From Candidatus Levyibacteriota bacterium (GTDB lineage: Bacteria; Patescibacteriota; Microgenomatia; Levybacterales; UBA12049), in NCBI GenBank assembly GCA_038205015.1, contig JBBRCK010000005.1:1656-65655 (forward strand): 64,000 nucleotides of DNA, written 5' to 3'. Both the position numbers and the translations under genes were made by a program. The first letter of the stretch is position 1. Every line of letters begins with the position of its first letter. Under the pieces are notes generated by a model that saw nothing but the letters and a program-made list of their open reading frames with translations, did no database searches and was not told the DNA's origin. Positions 33,013 to 42,988 of the stretch are shown here, piece by piece.

Positions 33013-33732
33013 ATGACACTTAAAAATCAAGCAATTCAAACCGCACTCGAAGGCAACTGGCAGGAAGCAATTGCGTTAAATAAATCTCTTGTTCATGAAA
33101 ATCCGGAAGACATCGATGCCTTAAACCGACTCGCTCTCGCTTACACCATAACTGGAAAAATAAAAGAAGCCAAGTCAGCTTATCAAAAAGTTGTAAAACT
33201 TGATCCCTTAAATCCAATTGCTTTAAGAAATATCAAGAAACTTAAAGAAAAAGGATTTACCATAACAAATGGTGGAACTAACACGCATATAAACAATAAG
33301 TTCTTAGAAGAACCTGGTAAAACTAAAGTAGTTGAACTAGTAAATATGGCTCCACCAAAAATTTTAGAAAGTTTAAGAACAGGACAATCGCTTGAGCTTT
33401 CGGTAAAGAGATTAAAGATATTTGTTTCAATTAACACACAATATGTTGGAGTATTACCAGACGACATTGCAAAGAGACTTACTAAGTTTATTAATGCCGG
33501 TTCAAGATATGACGCCTACGTTAAGTCTTCAAGCCCACATAAAGTATCCGTCTTCTTAAAAGAAATTAAAAAAGCCACGCGTTTTAAAGATCAAAAATCA
33601 TTTACCTCGCTCTCTGAATCACCTTTAGAACTGGATAAAAATGGTAAGTTTAGAGAAAGAGTTGCACAACAAAAAACAAAGGATTTAGAAGAAGTTGAAG
33701 AAAATCAAGAAAACTATTCGGAAGAAGAATGA
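33013..33732 (+). CDS. Tetratricopeptide repeat protein
   Basis: N-terminal TPR helices, FLEEPGKTK motif, acidic tail. Confidence 0.8.
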   Translation: MTLKNQAIQTALEGNWQEAIALNKSLVHENPEDIDALNRLALAYTITGKIKEAKSAYQKVVKLDPLNPIALRNIKKLKEKGFTITNGGTNTHINNKFLEEPGKTKVVELVNMAPPKILESLRTGQSLELSVKRLKIFVSINTQYVGVLPDDIAKRLTKFINAGSRYDAYVKSSSPHKVSVFLKEIKKATRFKDQKSFTSLSESPLELDKNGKFRERVAQQKTKDLEEVEENQENYSEEE

Positions 33733-33870
33733 CTGTGATAAATCACTCTATTTTTGTCTAAACTCTTTTTAACCTCCTTTACCTCAGGTTTCTCATTAAT
33801 ACTTTTTAAAGACCTTAAGGAAAGTAAAAAAGAAACAATAAATAAAAAGAATACTATTTCTAGAAACATA

Positions 33871-34671
33871 TTAAAAATTTATTTTGCCAACACTATCTTT
33901 TCCTATTGTTATTATAACATCCGCTACAGCCTTTTTATCTAATTTTTCAACTGGAAAGCCCAGAAAATCACTAAGCTTTTTTACCGTGTAAGTATAATCT
34001 CCGAAATACTGTATTTTTGAAGTATTTTCCAAGCTATCGGACCCGGAAACTAAAATTACGTTTCCTCCCATATTTGATATAGCCGTTGCTGCCCTACCCC
34101 CTAACCCAAAAACTGTAGTTGAATTAATTATTTCTATACTTTGGTTTTCTTGATAAATTGACGGGTCTGTAAAAGAAAGCGTAATTACTGTAGACCTCTG
34201 AACAGGATTTAAAGATGAACTAAGTTCCCTAACATAAACCGAACCGTCAGAAACGCTTCGTGAAAAAAGGAAAACTCTAACTACATCAAAAATTGTCATA
34301 TTTTTATAAGAATTTCCTAAAGGTAATAACGATTTAAAAATAGTTGAGGATATATTTTTTTCTGTGATATCATCTGTTGCAACAATAATTCCATCAATTG
34401 GCACTTCCAGTTTTTTTGAAACGTCTTCCGGCTTAATATTTTCATTAATTTTTAAAACGGAAAATGAATTATTTGATGGAGAAAACGACGCAACACTTAA
34501 GGTTTTTTCACTTGAGAATACTACATTAAATTTATGACTTCCGTCAAAATGGCTGTCTCTGACTATAAAGATAATTTTTACAGCAAGAGACATTACGATC
34601 AAACCAACAACTAAAAATACAAAAACGCCTGCAAGCCTAAGATTCTTCCCTTCTCTTCCACTTTTAACCAT
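33871..34671 (-). CDS. Membrane-anchored LytR C-terminal domain protein
   Basis: N-terminal TM; IEIINST..GLG and DVIITIGKD. Confidence 0.75.
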   Translation of the reverse strand: MVKSGREGKNLRLAGVFVFLVVGLIVMSLAVKIIFIVRDSHFDGSHKFNVVFSSEKTLSVASFSPSNNSFSVLKINENIKPEDVSKKLEVPIDGIIVATDDITEKNISSTIFKSLLPLGNSYKNMTIFDVVRVFLFSRSVSDGSVYVRELSSSLNPVQRSTVITLSFTDPSIYQENQSIEIINSTTVFGLGGRAATAISNMGGNVILVSGSDSLENTSKIQYFGDYTYTVKKLSDFLGFPVEKLDKKAVADVIITIGKDSVGKINF

Positions 34672-34674
34672 ATT

Positions 34675-34812
34675 TTAATAATCCTTTTTCTTTTTTTGAA
34701 TCAATTCAGGCATAGTAAATACAGGTGAAGTACCAAATTCACCTTTCGCCTGCTTGTTATCTTTTTTAGGTTTTTTCTTATCTCCCTTATAAAATCCGCC
34801 AAAGCTTCCCAA
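34675..34812 (-). CDS. 45-aa Lys-rich small protein (absent from the ORF track)
   Basis: AGGAGGTGA SD then TTG start; MGSFGGFYKGDKKKPKKDNKQAKGEFGTSPVFTMPELIQKKKKDY; fills the gap exactly. Confidence 0.7.
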   Translation of the reverse strand: MGSFGGFYKGDKKKPKKDNKQAKGEFGTSPVFTMPELIQKKKKDY

Positions 34813-34859
34813 AAAAATCACCTCCTAATACTATATAGAATCAATTTTTGACCTTTAAG

Positions 34860-35573
34860 TCAATTGTTTATATTCTGAATTACATTTTTTAGCTCTTGAG
34901 GCAAATTAGATTCCAATTCTATTTTCTTTCCTGTTATAGGATGAGTGAAGCTAATACTTTTTGCGTGTAAAAAAAATCTATCTAATAATATTTTTCTATC
35001 ATTTCTGGCGGTTTTTCTTCCCGCATAAAATTCGTCTCCAAAAATTGGATGATTAAAATATTTAAGATGAACTCTGATTTGATGCGTTCTACCTGTTTTT
35101 GGATGAAGCTCTAAAAGAGTAAACGGTTTTTCAAATTTTTCAATTACTTTATAATGTGTTTCTGCCTCTTTTCCTCCCACCATAACCCCAAATCTTTTTC
35201 TATTCCATGGAAGTCTTCCGATTGGAACTGCAATTGTCCCCTCTTCCGGACTAACATGACCGTGAACTAAAGCTACATAAGTTTTTTCAATTATTCTATC
35301 CTTAAATTGCGCCTGAAGATTTTCAAAACTTTTCTGGTTTTTGGCAACTATTAAAATCCCGGAGGTTTCCTTATCTATTCTATGAACTATTCCTGCTCTT
35401 TTATAAAAATCAGATTCATTATTTTCATTATTATTGAAATTATATTTACTTTCCAGAAAATCTTGAACAGTAACCTGATTAATTGTTGTATCGGCTTTAT
35501 TAACAATAACACCAGCGGGTTTATTTAAAACCAAAACATCCTCGTCTTCAAAAATTATTTCTATATCAATCAT
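34860..35573 (-). CDS. RluA/RluD family pseudouridine synthase
   Basis: NKPAG, HRIDKETSG, TGRTHQIRVH, LHA. Confidence 0.95.
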   Translation of the reverse strand: MIDIEIIFEDEDVLVLNKPAGVIVNKADTTINQVTVQDFLESKYNFNNNENNESDFYKRAGIVHRIDKETSGILIVAKNQKSFENLQAQFKDRIIEKTYVALVHGHVSPEEGTIAVPIGRLPWNRKRFGVMVGGKEAETHYKVIEKFEKPFTLLELHPKTGRTHQIRVHLKYFNHPIFGDEFYAGRKTARNDRKILLDRFFLHAKSISFTHPITGKKIELESNLPQELKNVIQNINN

Positions 35574-36262
35574 TTTTTGCTTAAGAACTTATCCATTATT
35601 TCCTGATTGATTAGAATAATTAAAGAAGAAAAGAGTAAAACCAAAAGTGCAATATTCTCTATTTCCAAAAAGGAAAAAGTCTTTATATCTAAAAATAGTT
35701 TGATTATAAAGTAGAAGAAAGAAAACAACGAAAGAAATAATAACGTTAAACTCCCATCTTTTATTTCTCCCCTTGCCGAATACGGATAGATAAGTTTTGT
35801 AAATAATATATAAATTGCTAGAGAGAATACAAAAAATAGATTAAAAAATGTTGTTGTTTTTCCTCCTAAAATTATAAAGTTAATAATAAAACCTATTGGC
35901 AAAACGCTTACAAAAGCCATAATAAATAAATCAATTATTCTACCTGTTGGTATTTTTTTATAATTTGAATAAAAATAAATAAAGATACTTCCCCCAATTA
36001 TTCCACCTATAAGGGAAAAACCGGTAAAGTATGGAAATGCCAGAAAAACTAACGGATTAAAATATTGAAAGCTGTGAGTAAAAACAGCGTACCCAGCTCT
36101 CGAAGAAATAAGCGTAACAAATCCCGTCAAAAAAGCCAAATTAAAAATTCTTTCTATTGAGACATCCTTTCTGGCCATTACAAAATCGTCTTTGGAAAGA
36201 AAATATAAGATATATAAAAATATAAAAAAGCAAAAAAGAATTACAAAAAAAATTAAGTTCAT
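35570..36262 (-). CDS. Lgt-like membrane protein
   Basis: SSRAGY and GFSLIGGIIGG resemble the Lgt N-terminal motifs; no clear catalytic RxGN. Confidence 0.5.
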   Translation of the reverse strand: MNLIFFVILFCFFIFLYILYFLSKDDFVMARKDVSIERIFNLAFLTGFVTLISSRAGYAVFTHSFQYFNPLVFLAFPYFTGFSLIGGIIGGSIFIYFYSNYKKIPTGRIIDLFIMAFVSVLPIGFIINFIILGGKTTTFFNLFFVFSLAIYILFTKLIYPYSARGEIKDGSLTLLFLSLFSFFYFIIKLFLDIKTFSFLEIENIALLVLLFSSLIILINQEIMDKFLSKK

Positions 36263-36263
36263 A

Positions 36264-37535
36264 CTATTTATCCTTAATTACTATCCTCGTGAGTGCAATT
36301 ATTAACACGATTATTCCAACCAGTGTAATGATAGCTTTTACACCGAATAAATCTGCTAATCCCCCTACCAAAATTACTGGAATGATTGACATTATTCCAA
36401 CAAATGTATTTAAAAACCCGTATATCTTTCCCCTACTCTCATCAGTTGTTTCTTCTTGCAAAGTTGTATTTGCGGGAATAAATACAAATGAAATCGCAAA
36501 CCCCAAAACAAATGCCAAAAATACCATAATATGGAGAATGTTTATTGTTAGAATATGCGGAAGATAAGAATTAATTATATGAACAATTGCTCTAGACTCA
36601 ACTTTCGACCCATAAGGCAGTAAAAGAATAGCAATTCCCATTAAGAAAATGCCGAATTTTGTTAGTTTATCTTTAGATGTTCTATGTAAAAAGCTTCCGA
36701 TAATAATCGCTCCCAAAACGACCCCAATTATTGCCGGAGTCACAAATAAAATTGGGAAACTTTCTATTTTTATTTTTAAAACCTGCTCTGCATACCCTGG
36801 CCCAATTGAAGCAAAAGCCAAAATAATAATTTGCACTAGAGTTAATGAGAAAAGTGCATGATACAATTTTTTTGTTTTTGAAATTAGTTGAAGAATAATT
36901 CTTGCTTCTTCTTTAAAACTTAGGGCCTGCTCAACATTTACTCTTGGTTCTATTTTGGATTTTTTAGCTTTTATAAGTAGAATAAAAAATCCGGCAATTA
37001 AAAAGATTACGGATAAAAATATAAAAATATCCGATTTTCCAAATATATAAATAAATGGTCCCGACATGGCATAAGCTAAAAGTATCGATGCATAAATACC
37101 CATACCAAAAAGTGCGTTTGCCGATAACAGCAAATCTTTTCTAACTAAAAGCGGGATGATTGGTGCTTCCGCAGGAACGAAAAATTGTGTAATAATTGCA
37201 ACTCCAAATGCAAAGACATAAACTAAAAATAAATTGCTTTGAAAAAATGCTAACGGAAGAATAAGTAACGCCCTTAAGATATTTGAAATAAACAAAACAC
37301 TCTTTTTATTCCACCTGTCTACTAAAACTCCTGCCAGTATTCCGAATAAAACGTTTGGAATTGTAAAAGCCATAACGACTCCGGCAACTGCGATATTAGA
37401 TTTTGAAATACTAAAAACAACAATTAATAAGGCGAAGTTAAATAGGTTCATCGCAAACATCGAGAAGAATTCGGAGAGTACTAAAAATAAAAACGGCTTT
37501 ATCCTAAGAGTTCTTAAAATAAGGTTTTCATTCAT
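36264..37535 (-). CDS. MFS transporter
   Basis: GVLVDRWNKK motif A, about 12 TM helices. Confidence 0.9.
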   Translation of the reverse strand: MNENLILRTLRIKPFLFLVLSEFFSMFAMNLFNFALLIVVFSISKSNIAVAGVVMAFTIPNVLFGILAGVLVDRWNKKSVLFISNILRALLILPLAFFQSNLFLVYVFAFGVAIITQFFVPAEAPIIPLLVRKDLLLSANALFGMGIYASILLAYAMSGPFIYIFGKSDIFIFLSVIFLIAGFFILLIKAKKSKIEPRVNVEQALSFKEEARIILQLISKTKKLYHALFSLTLVQIIILAFASIGPGYAEQVLKIKIESFPILFVTPAIIGVVLGAIIIGSFLHRTSKDKLTKFGIFLMGIAILLLPYGSKVESRAIVHIINSYLPHILTINILHIMVFLAFVLGFAISFVFIPANTTLQEETTDESRGKIYGFLNTFVGIMSIIPVILVGGLADLFGVKAIITLVGIIVLIIALTRIVIKDK

Positions 37536-37539
37536 AGTT

Positions 37540-38100
37540 TTAGGAAGCTTTTTCTGTATAGGCTCCGGTTCTGGTGTCAACTCTAACTTTTTCTCCAATA
37601 TTTATAAACATCGGCACTTTTACTATTAAACCGTTTTCAAGTTTTGCTTCTTTAAATACATTGGTTGCCGAATTTCCCTTAACTCCGGGAGGAGTTTCTT
37701 CAACCACAAAAACCATTTTAGGAGGAAGATTAATTGAGAGAGCTTCATCACCTAAAAAACTTAAATTATAACTTTCTCCTTCTTTCAAATAGTAAGTATC
37801 TGTTCCGATAACTTTTAAAAGAACTGATACTTGTTCAAAAGTTGTAGGATTCATAAAATAAGCGTTTTCTCCGTCTTTATATAAATATTGAAGATCTTTT
37901 TTTAAAACTCTTACATCCTGCACCTTAGCGGTGTTAATAAAACTTTTATCAGTTGTTGAGCCACTACGAATGTTTTTAACTTTTACCTTTATGTTTGCGC
38001 TTCCCCTACCCATTTTTATGTGCTCAAAAGTTAATACCTGTAAAAGGTTTCCACTTTCTTCAAAAATTGTACCGGCACGAAGTTCGTTTACAGAAATCAT
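37540..38100 (-). CDS. efp: Elongation factor P
   Basis: HIKMGRGSA, PGVKGNS, VDTRTG. Confidence 0.95.
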   Translation of the reverse strand: MISVNELRAGTIFEESGNLLQVLTFEHIKMGRGSANIKVKVKNIRSGSTTDKSFINTAKVQDVRVLKKDLQYLYKDGENAYFMNPTTFEQVSVLLKVIGTDTYYLKEGESYNLSFLGDEALSINLPPKMVFVVEETPPGVKGNSATNVFKEAKLENGLIVKVPMFINIGEKVRVDTRTGAYTEKAS

Positions 38101-39050
38101 TTTCTTTTTACACGGATAAGCCCAGAACACGGGATTACCTCTACCCCCTTCTTTTCTAAAATATCTAAGAATAAATTTGCTCCAATTGAATCTGCCGCCA
38201 TATGACCGGTATCTATTACATTTATGTGAAGTTTTTTTAAAACATCTAGTGTTTCATCTGAAACATGCATTTCAACTAAAGTACCTACCCCTGCTTTTGA
38301 AAGTTCTGCATATAACTCTTTTGAGCCGCTTGTTCCCCCTGTAAAACCAACAACAATCTTACCTGCCCTACTATCCATTGAGCCTGCAGCTAGAAAAGGA
38401 CCAGATTTTCCTTTTTTGCTTTCAACAAATTCAGGAATCTCGTTCACATAATCTAGAACCTCTCCTACATTATAAAAAGATTTTTTAGAAAGATAGTCCT
38501 GCATAAATTCATTTCCCAAGTTATCCCAAATTGTGTGAAGAGACATTAATGGAACATTTAAAAGTCTGGCAGTGTCAATTGCTTGACCATGATTTGAAGG
38601 AGATAATTTTCTTTGAACCTGTCCCATTCTTTCTTTCAAAATAGAATGGGCAACGTTAATAGCTACGCCAGCTTGCTCAAACATTTCTGCCTGCATCTCC
38701 ATTACCTCATGAAGACCCGCCAATGCGTAACCTGATGGATGATGGGAAACCAAAAGATCTATTTTTTCTCCCTTTTGATTAAGTCTGTCTAAAAGAAGAA
38801 CTTCGGAGGCATCTGCGTCAATTCCTACCAATATTTTTTTTACTTCTAATTTTGGGTTTCCAAACAAAATTCTAGAATCGGAGTATGGGTTATCTAAGCT
38901 CACTGTATCAAAATATTTTTTCTTTTTTTTAGAAAGCTCATCGTAGGCTTTTTTTGTTCTTTTGAGCTGGTCATCAACTGCTTTTTCCCCTCTTGGATCT
39001 GCTTTTTTGGCCATATCAAGCGCTAAATCATAAATTTGTTGAAGTGTCAT
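38097..39050 (-). CDS. NIF3-like (NGG1p-interacting factor) metal-binding protein
   Basis: NPYSDSR, GID, SHHP, HT.WDN, GHMAADSIG. Confidence 0.8.
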   Translation of the reverse strand: MTLQQIYDLALDMAKKADPRGEKAVDDQLKRTKKAYDELSKKKKKYFDTVSLDNPYSDSRILFGNPKLEVKKILVGIDADASEVLLLDRLNQKGEKIDLLVSHHPSGYALAGLHEVMEMQAEMFEQAGVAINVAHSILKERMGQVQRKLSPSNHGQAIDTARLLNVPLMSLHTIWDNLGNEFMQDYLSKKSFYNVGEVLDYVNEIPEFVESKKGKSGPFLAAGSMDSRAGKIVVGFTGGTSGSKELYAELSKAGVGTLVEMHVSDETLDVLKKLHINVIDTGHMAADSIGANLFLDILEKKGVEVIPCSGLIRVKRK

Positions 39051-39099
39051 AAATGAAAGTATATAATAAATAAGCTTAAAATTCAAAGTTTTAGGCTCT

Positions 39100-39182
39100 G
39101 GGCAAGTGGCGGAATGGTATACGCGGTAGTCTCAAAAACTACTAGCCGCAAGGCTGTGAGGGTTCGACTCCCTCTTTGCCCA
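39100..39182 (+). tRNA. tRNA-Leu(CAA)
   Basis: Acceptor GGGCAAG/TTTGCCC, anticodon arm GTAGT-CTCAAAA-ACTAC, long variable arm, GGTTCGACTCC; CCA not encoded. Confidence 0.96.
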
Positions 39183-39187
39183 CAAAA

Positions 39188-39424
39188 TTAACCAGTTAAG
39201 TCTTTCAAGGAGTCTAATCTTTTTTGTCTGTCATGAGTGTCCCTTGCATCTCTCGCTTCCCTAAATAACCTGAGTACTACTTGATCTTGATCTAAAAGAG
39301 GTAAATCTCTGACATCTGATCTTCGTAGAATATCTTCATGCGTTAAGGAACGAACCATGGTTCTATCTTGACCTGATCTTATAAGTCCTTCTCCTAAAAA
39401 TGCCGGTTTTCTGTTGTTTTCCAT
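39188..39424 (-). CDS. Small orphan protein
   Basis: ORF with TTGACA..TAAAAT promoter upstream on the minus strand. Confidence 0.55.
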   Translation of the reverse strand: MENNRKPAFLGEGLIRSGQDRTMVRSLTHEDILRRSDVRDLPLLDQDQVVLRLFREARDARDTHDRQKRLDSLKDLTG

Positions 39425-39467
39425 AAAAAAGAATTTTATTCTTTTAGCTATTAATTGTCAATCTTAG

Positions 39468-39528
39468 AATGCAAAAAATTAAACTAATCCTTAAAGCTAA
39501 AGCCGACGGACTAGTTTAATTTTGCATT
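39468..39528 (-). terminator. Long hairpin after the dnaB operon
   Basis: AATGCAAAATTAAACTAGTCC...GGATTAGTTTAATTTTTTGCATT, about 20-bp stem with one G-U pair on the minus strand. Confidence 0.6.
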
Positions 39529-39552
39529 AATATCCTTTGATGAAACTCAGGA

Positions 39553-39792
39553 TTATAATGTTCCACCTGGTTGCTGTCCTCCTTGATTTGGATCTTGTAC
39601 AGGAACTACTGGTTCTACTGGAGCTTGTGGCTCTGGCATAACAGGAGCTACTGGTTCAGGAACTACTGGTTCTACTGGAGCTTGTGGCTCTGGTTGAACT
39701 GGTGCCTGAGGCATTCCTCCTTGATCTACTACTGGCGCTACAGGCGCGTTTGGGTCAACAACTGGCGTTGGGTTTTGATTTTGATCGTCCAT
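39553..39792 (-). CDS. Small Pro/Val/Gln-rich acidic low-complexity protein
   Basis: GGAGGTGA SD inside the dnaB 3' end; PEPQAPVEPVVP repeats. Confidence 0.75.
   Translation of the reverse strand: MDDQNQNPTPVVDPNAPVAPVVDQGGMPQAPVQPEPQAPVEPVVPEPVAPVMPEPQAPVEPVVPVQDPNQGGQQPGGTL
39600..39693. repeat. 37-bp direct repeat within the Pro-rich gene
   Basis: CAGGAACTACTGGTTCTACTGGAGCTTGTGGCTCTGG at 39600 and 39657. Confidence 0.9.
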
Positions 39793-39797
39793 TTAAA

Positions 39798-41123
39798 TTA
39801 TTCACCTCCTTCTCTTTTTGTATCCATATTATAAAATTTTATCCTATCTCCTTTGAAAAGTAAATCTACTTCTCCCATTGGCCCATTTCTATGTTTGGCA
39901 ATTAATAATTTTGTAGGAATAATATTCCCCGCTACCTCTGCATCCGTTCGATATAAAAACATTACTACGTCGGCATCCTGTTCTATAGCACCTGACTCCC
40001 TTAAGTCTGCCAGCTGAGGTTTTCTCTCTCCCCTATGCTCAACAGCACGCGACAACTGTGAAACTGCCAATACGGGAATTTTTAATTCTCTGGCTAAATT
40101 TTTTAGTCCTTGGGAAATAATAGAAACTTCTTGAACCCTGTTGTCATATCTTCTTCCCGGATCTGCCAATTGTAAATAATCAACAATTAATAATTTTATT
40201 CCTTGTTCAAGTTGCAACCTTCTGGCTTTTGTACGCATTTCCGAAATTGTAATTCCAGGTGTATCATCAATAAAAATCGGCGCGTCTGCCAACTCACCCA
40301 TAGCCTGGGACAATTTTGTAAAATCGCTTTCTGTTAGTTTTCCTGTTTTTAGTCTCCAAGCATCAACATCCGATTGCCCAATCAACAACCTATCAACTAA
40401 TTCTTCCTGGCTCATTTCCAAAGAAAATATGCCAACCGGAATTTTCTGTTCAATTGCAATATTTTGAGCAATATTAATAACCATTGCTGTTTTTCCTTGA
40501 CCAGGACGCGCTGCCAAAATTAACAAATTAGAAGCTTGCATCCCAGATAAAAGGTTATCTAAATCGTTAAATCCTGTCTTAACTCCTCTATAACCTGCTC
40601 CCTTTTTATGTAAATCATCAATTCTGTCAAAACTCTCGGCAAGACTATCTTTAATCGGAGTAAATCCCCTTAAATTTTGTCCCTGAGAAATTGAAAAAAT
40701 GGCTCTTTCGGCGTTATCTAACAACTTATGAATTTCCTGATCTACTTTGAATGAATCTTCAACAATCTGAGTACCGGCTGTAATTAAATTTCTTTTAGTT
40801 GCTTCTTCTTTAATCATTTGAGCATAGTGCTCAATATTCGCGGCAGTTGGAACGGAGTTTACTAAATCAGAAATATAAGAAGAATCAATTTTTGGTAAGG
40901 TTTTGTTCTTCTTAAGTTTTTCAACCAACGTAATTACGTCAATTGGCTTTCTTTCGTCAAATAACGAAATCATTGCCGAATAAATTATGCCGTTTAAGTC
41001 GTTATAAAAATCTTTCTGAGAAATAATTCCCGACACAAGACCAATTGCATCTTTATCAATAAGGATTGCTCCTAAAACTGAGTTTTCCGCTTCTTCATTA
41101 TGTGGGGGTGTTTTAACTGCCAT
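39798..41123 (-). CDS. dnaB: Replicative DNA helicase
   Basis: AARPGQGKT, SLEMS, VDYLQL, LRESGAIEQDAD, KHRNGP. Confidence 0.98.
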   Translation of the reverse strand: MAVKTPPHNEEAENSVLGAILIDKDAIGLVSGIISQKDFYNDLNGIIYSAMISLFDERKPIDVITLVEKLKKNKTLPKIDSSYISDLVNSVPTAANIEHYAQMIKEEATKRNLITAGTQIVEDSFKVDQEIHKLLDNAERAIFSISQGQNLRGFTPIKDSLAESFDRIDDLHKKGAGYRGVKTGFNDLDNLLSGMQASNLLILAARPGQGKTAMVINIAQNIAIEQKIPVGIFSLEMSQEELVDRLLIGQSDVDAWRLKTGKLTESDFTKLSQAMGELADAPIFIDDTPGITISEMRTKARRLQLEQGIKLLIVDYLQLADPGRRYDNRVQEVSIISQGLKNLARELKIPVLAVSQLSRAVEHRGERKPQLADLRESGAIEQDADVVMFLYRTDAEVAGNIIPTKLLIAKHRNGPMGEVDLLFKGDRIKFYNMDTKREGGE

Positions 41124-41173
41124 ATTTGTATAAAGACTTTAAGGCAAAATTTAATTTAATGCAAGAGGGTAAA

Positions 41174-41695
41174 TTAGCCAAGAAGCATTATCTCTAATTC
41201 TTCGGGTAATTTATCTTCCGAAACGCTAATTTTCGATGTTTTTACTACGTCTTCTTTACCTAAGGCTTTTGCCCCTTCTTTGGCATGTTGTCCGTATAAA
41301 ATAATAATGCGCGGCTCCATTGCCGTAATTTTAGATTGATTCAACTCAGTATCAACATTTATTACCACAAAGTTATAATCTCCAAGCTTGTCTGCGGAAA
41401 CTTTTTCCAACGAGCTTGATTTTGCAACTATTGCACTTAAGTTATCAAGACTTAATTCATATAGAATATCCCCGTCCGCATTTATAGCAGAAATTTTGAG
41501 TCCTGAAACTTCATATTCCCCTGCTCCCGAAATTGTAACTCTGGAATTATTAACTCTAGAGATGTCAGAATTTTTATCTAAAAGTAAAATTGCGTCTGCA
41601 TCAAATTTTGAAACAGAAGATTGCGGGTCCAGAGCAAGTGTAGTTTTTTTTATTTTTATTTTTAAAGAGTTTTCAGAGAGTGCTTGAAAATCCAT
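41174..41695 (-). CDS. Degenerate metallo-beta-lactamase-fold protein
   Basis: LALDP and ISGAGEYEVSG motifs; no HxHxDH. Confidence 0.5.
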   Translation of the reverse strand: MDFQALSENSLKIKIKKTTLALDPQSSVSKFDADAILLLDKNSDISRVNNSRVTISGAGEYEVSGLKISAINADGDILYELSLDNLSAIVAKSSSLEKVSADKLGDYNFVVINVDTELNQSKITAMEPRIIILYGQHAKEGAKALGKEDVVKTSKISVSEDKLPEELEIMLLG

Positions 41696-41767
41696 AACAA
41701 AAATATCCTAACATATCTAATTTTTCTTGACAAGATAACACTTTTTTCGTATTATCGGATTCTGCAT

Positions 41768-42190
41768 ATGAAACAAGAAAGAGTAATCTTGTCATTTATT
41801 ATGGTGTTAATTGGGCTATTAGTTGCCGGATTAGCATTTTATTTTTACCAAAGTACAAAGGTCGTATCCGACAGATCAAATGCTTCAATTGTTTCTACTC
41901 CAACTCCCACCACCGCGCCAATAATCTTTTTATCTATATCAAATCCAATAAATGAGAGCGTTGTTTCTAATAAAACATTAACTGTTTCTGGAAAAACCGA
42001 ACCGGAAGCAACCGTAATCGTAATTACGGAATCGGGACAGCAAGTTCTTCAGCCATCCTCACAAGGAGACTTTTCCACAACAGTTATTCTAAGCGATGAT
42101 CAAAATTTAATCACAGTTTGGGCACTCACGCCAAATGGTGAGTCAACCAGTATTCAAAAAACCGTAACATATTCGATGGAAAATTTTTAA
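41768..42190 (+). CDS. Membrane-anchored Ig-like domain protein
   Basis: TM, PTPT linker, VSGKTEPEATV beta-sandwich pattern. Confidence 0.7.
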   Translation: MKQERVILSFIMVLIGLLVAGLAFYFYQSTKVVSDRSNASIVSTPTPTTAPIIFLSISNPINESVVSNKTLTVSGKTEPEATVIVITESGQQVLQPSSQGDFSTTVILSDDQNLITVWALTPNGESTSIQKTVTYSMENF

Positions 42191-42192
42191 AT

Positions 42193-42948
42193 ATGAAAAA
42201 TAAACTCTTTATTACCTTAATATTTATTACTGCTGGGTTTATTTTTGTTCAAACAATTAATGCCGCTACACTAACGCCAACCCAGCCAACTATAAAAAAT
42301 CAGATTGATGAATTAAAAACTAAAATTGCTTCCAAGGTTGCAGAATTAAATTTGGTTGAAAAAAGAGGAATCATCGGAGTTGTAACCGCCTCTTCTGATA
42401 CTCAAATTACTCTCTCCGACATAAATAATAATGTTAGAATTGTTGATGTCGATGAAATAACTAAATTTTTCTCATCAAATTCTAAAACATTCGGAATATC
42501 AGACATAAAAACAGGAACAAGACTTGGAATATTGGGACTTTATAATAAACAATCAAGAAGAATTTTGGCAAGACAAGTAAACGAACTAACAACGGAAGCA
42601 AAGATTATATTTGGCGGGGTAAGCGTGCTTGATAGCAAAAATTTTGAAATTACTTTAATTAAAGAGAATGAGCAAAAAATTGTTATTGAGGTGGCAGATT
42701 TAACTAAAACCTATTCTTACTCCTCTGGGAACCTTGTAAAATTTGGGTTTTCAAAAATAAAATTAACAAACACCGCACTTGCAATCGGCTTTACCGATAA
42801 AAACGACCCGAATAAAATCTTGGCAACAAGGCTAATTATTCTTCCAGACGTAGATTTAACATCAAGAATTAATCTTGCTCCATCCGTTGCGCCTTCTATT
42901 CCTCCGTCAACCGGCTCCGGAATGAAACTCTTTCCAATCAAACGCTAA
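42193..42948 (+). CDS. Secreted hypothetical protein (DUF5666-like beta repeats)
   Basis: Signal peptide, two similar beta-rich halves. Confidence 0.6.
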   Translation: MKNKLFITLIFITAGFIFVQTINAATLTPTQPTIKNQIDELKTKIASKVAELNLVEKRGIIGVVTASSDTQITLSDINNNVRIVDVDEITKFFSSNSKTFGISDIKTGTRLGILGLYNKQSRRILARQVNELTTEAKIIFGGVSVLDSKNFEITLIKENEQKIVIEVADLTKTYSYSSGNLVKFGFSKIKLTNTALAIGFTDKNDPNKILATRLIILPDVDLTSRINLAPSVAPSIPPSTGSGMKLFPIKR

Positions 42949-42988
42949 TTCTCTTTACTTCTTATTATTTTTGTCTGTATAATAAATT

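Noticed and set aside
22847-38011. KOPS-like GGGTAGGG at 22847 (+), 34092 (-) and 38004 (-), all pointing toward the dif candidate
   Set aside because: Only three seen, not an exhaustive scan, and all are Gly-Arg codons that follow gene orientation
39553-39792. CRISPR-like repeats
   Set aside because: Two in-frame coding repeats only; no spacer array or cas genes in the window
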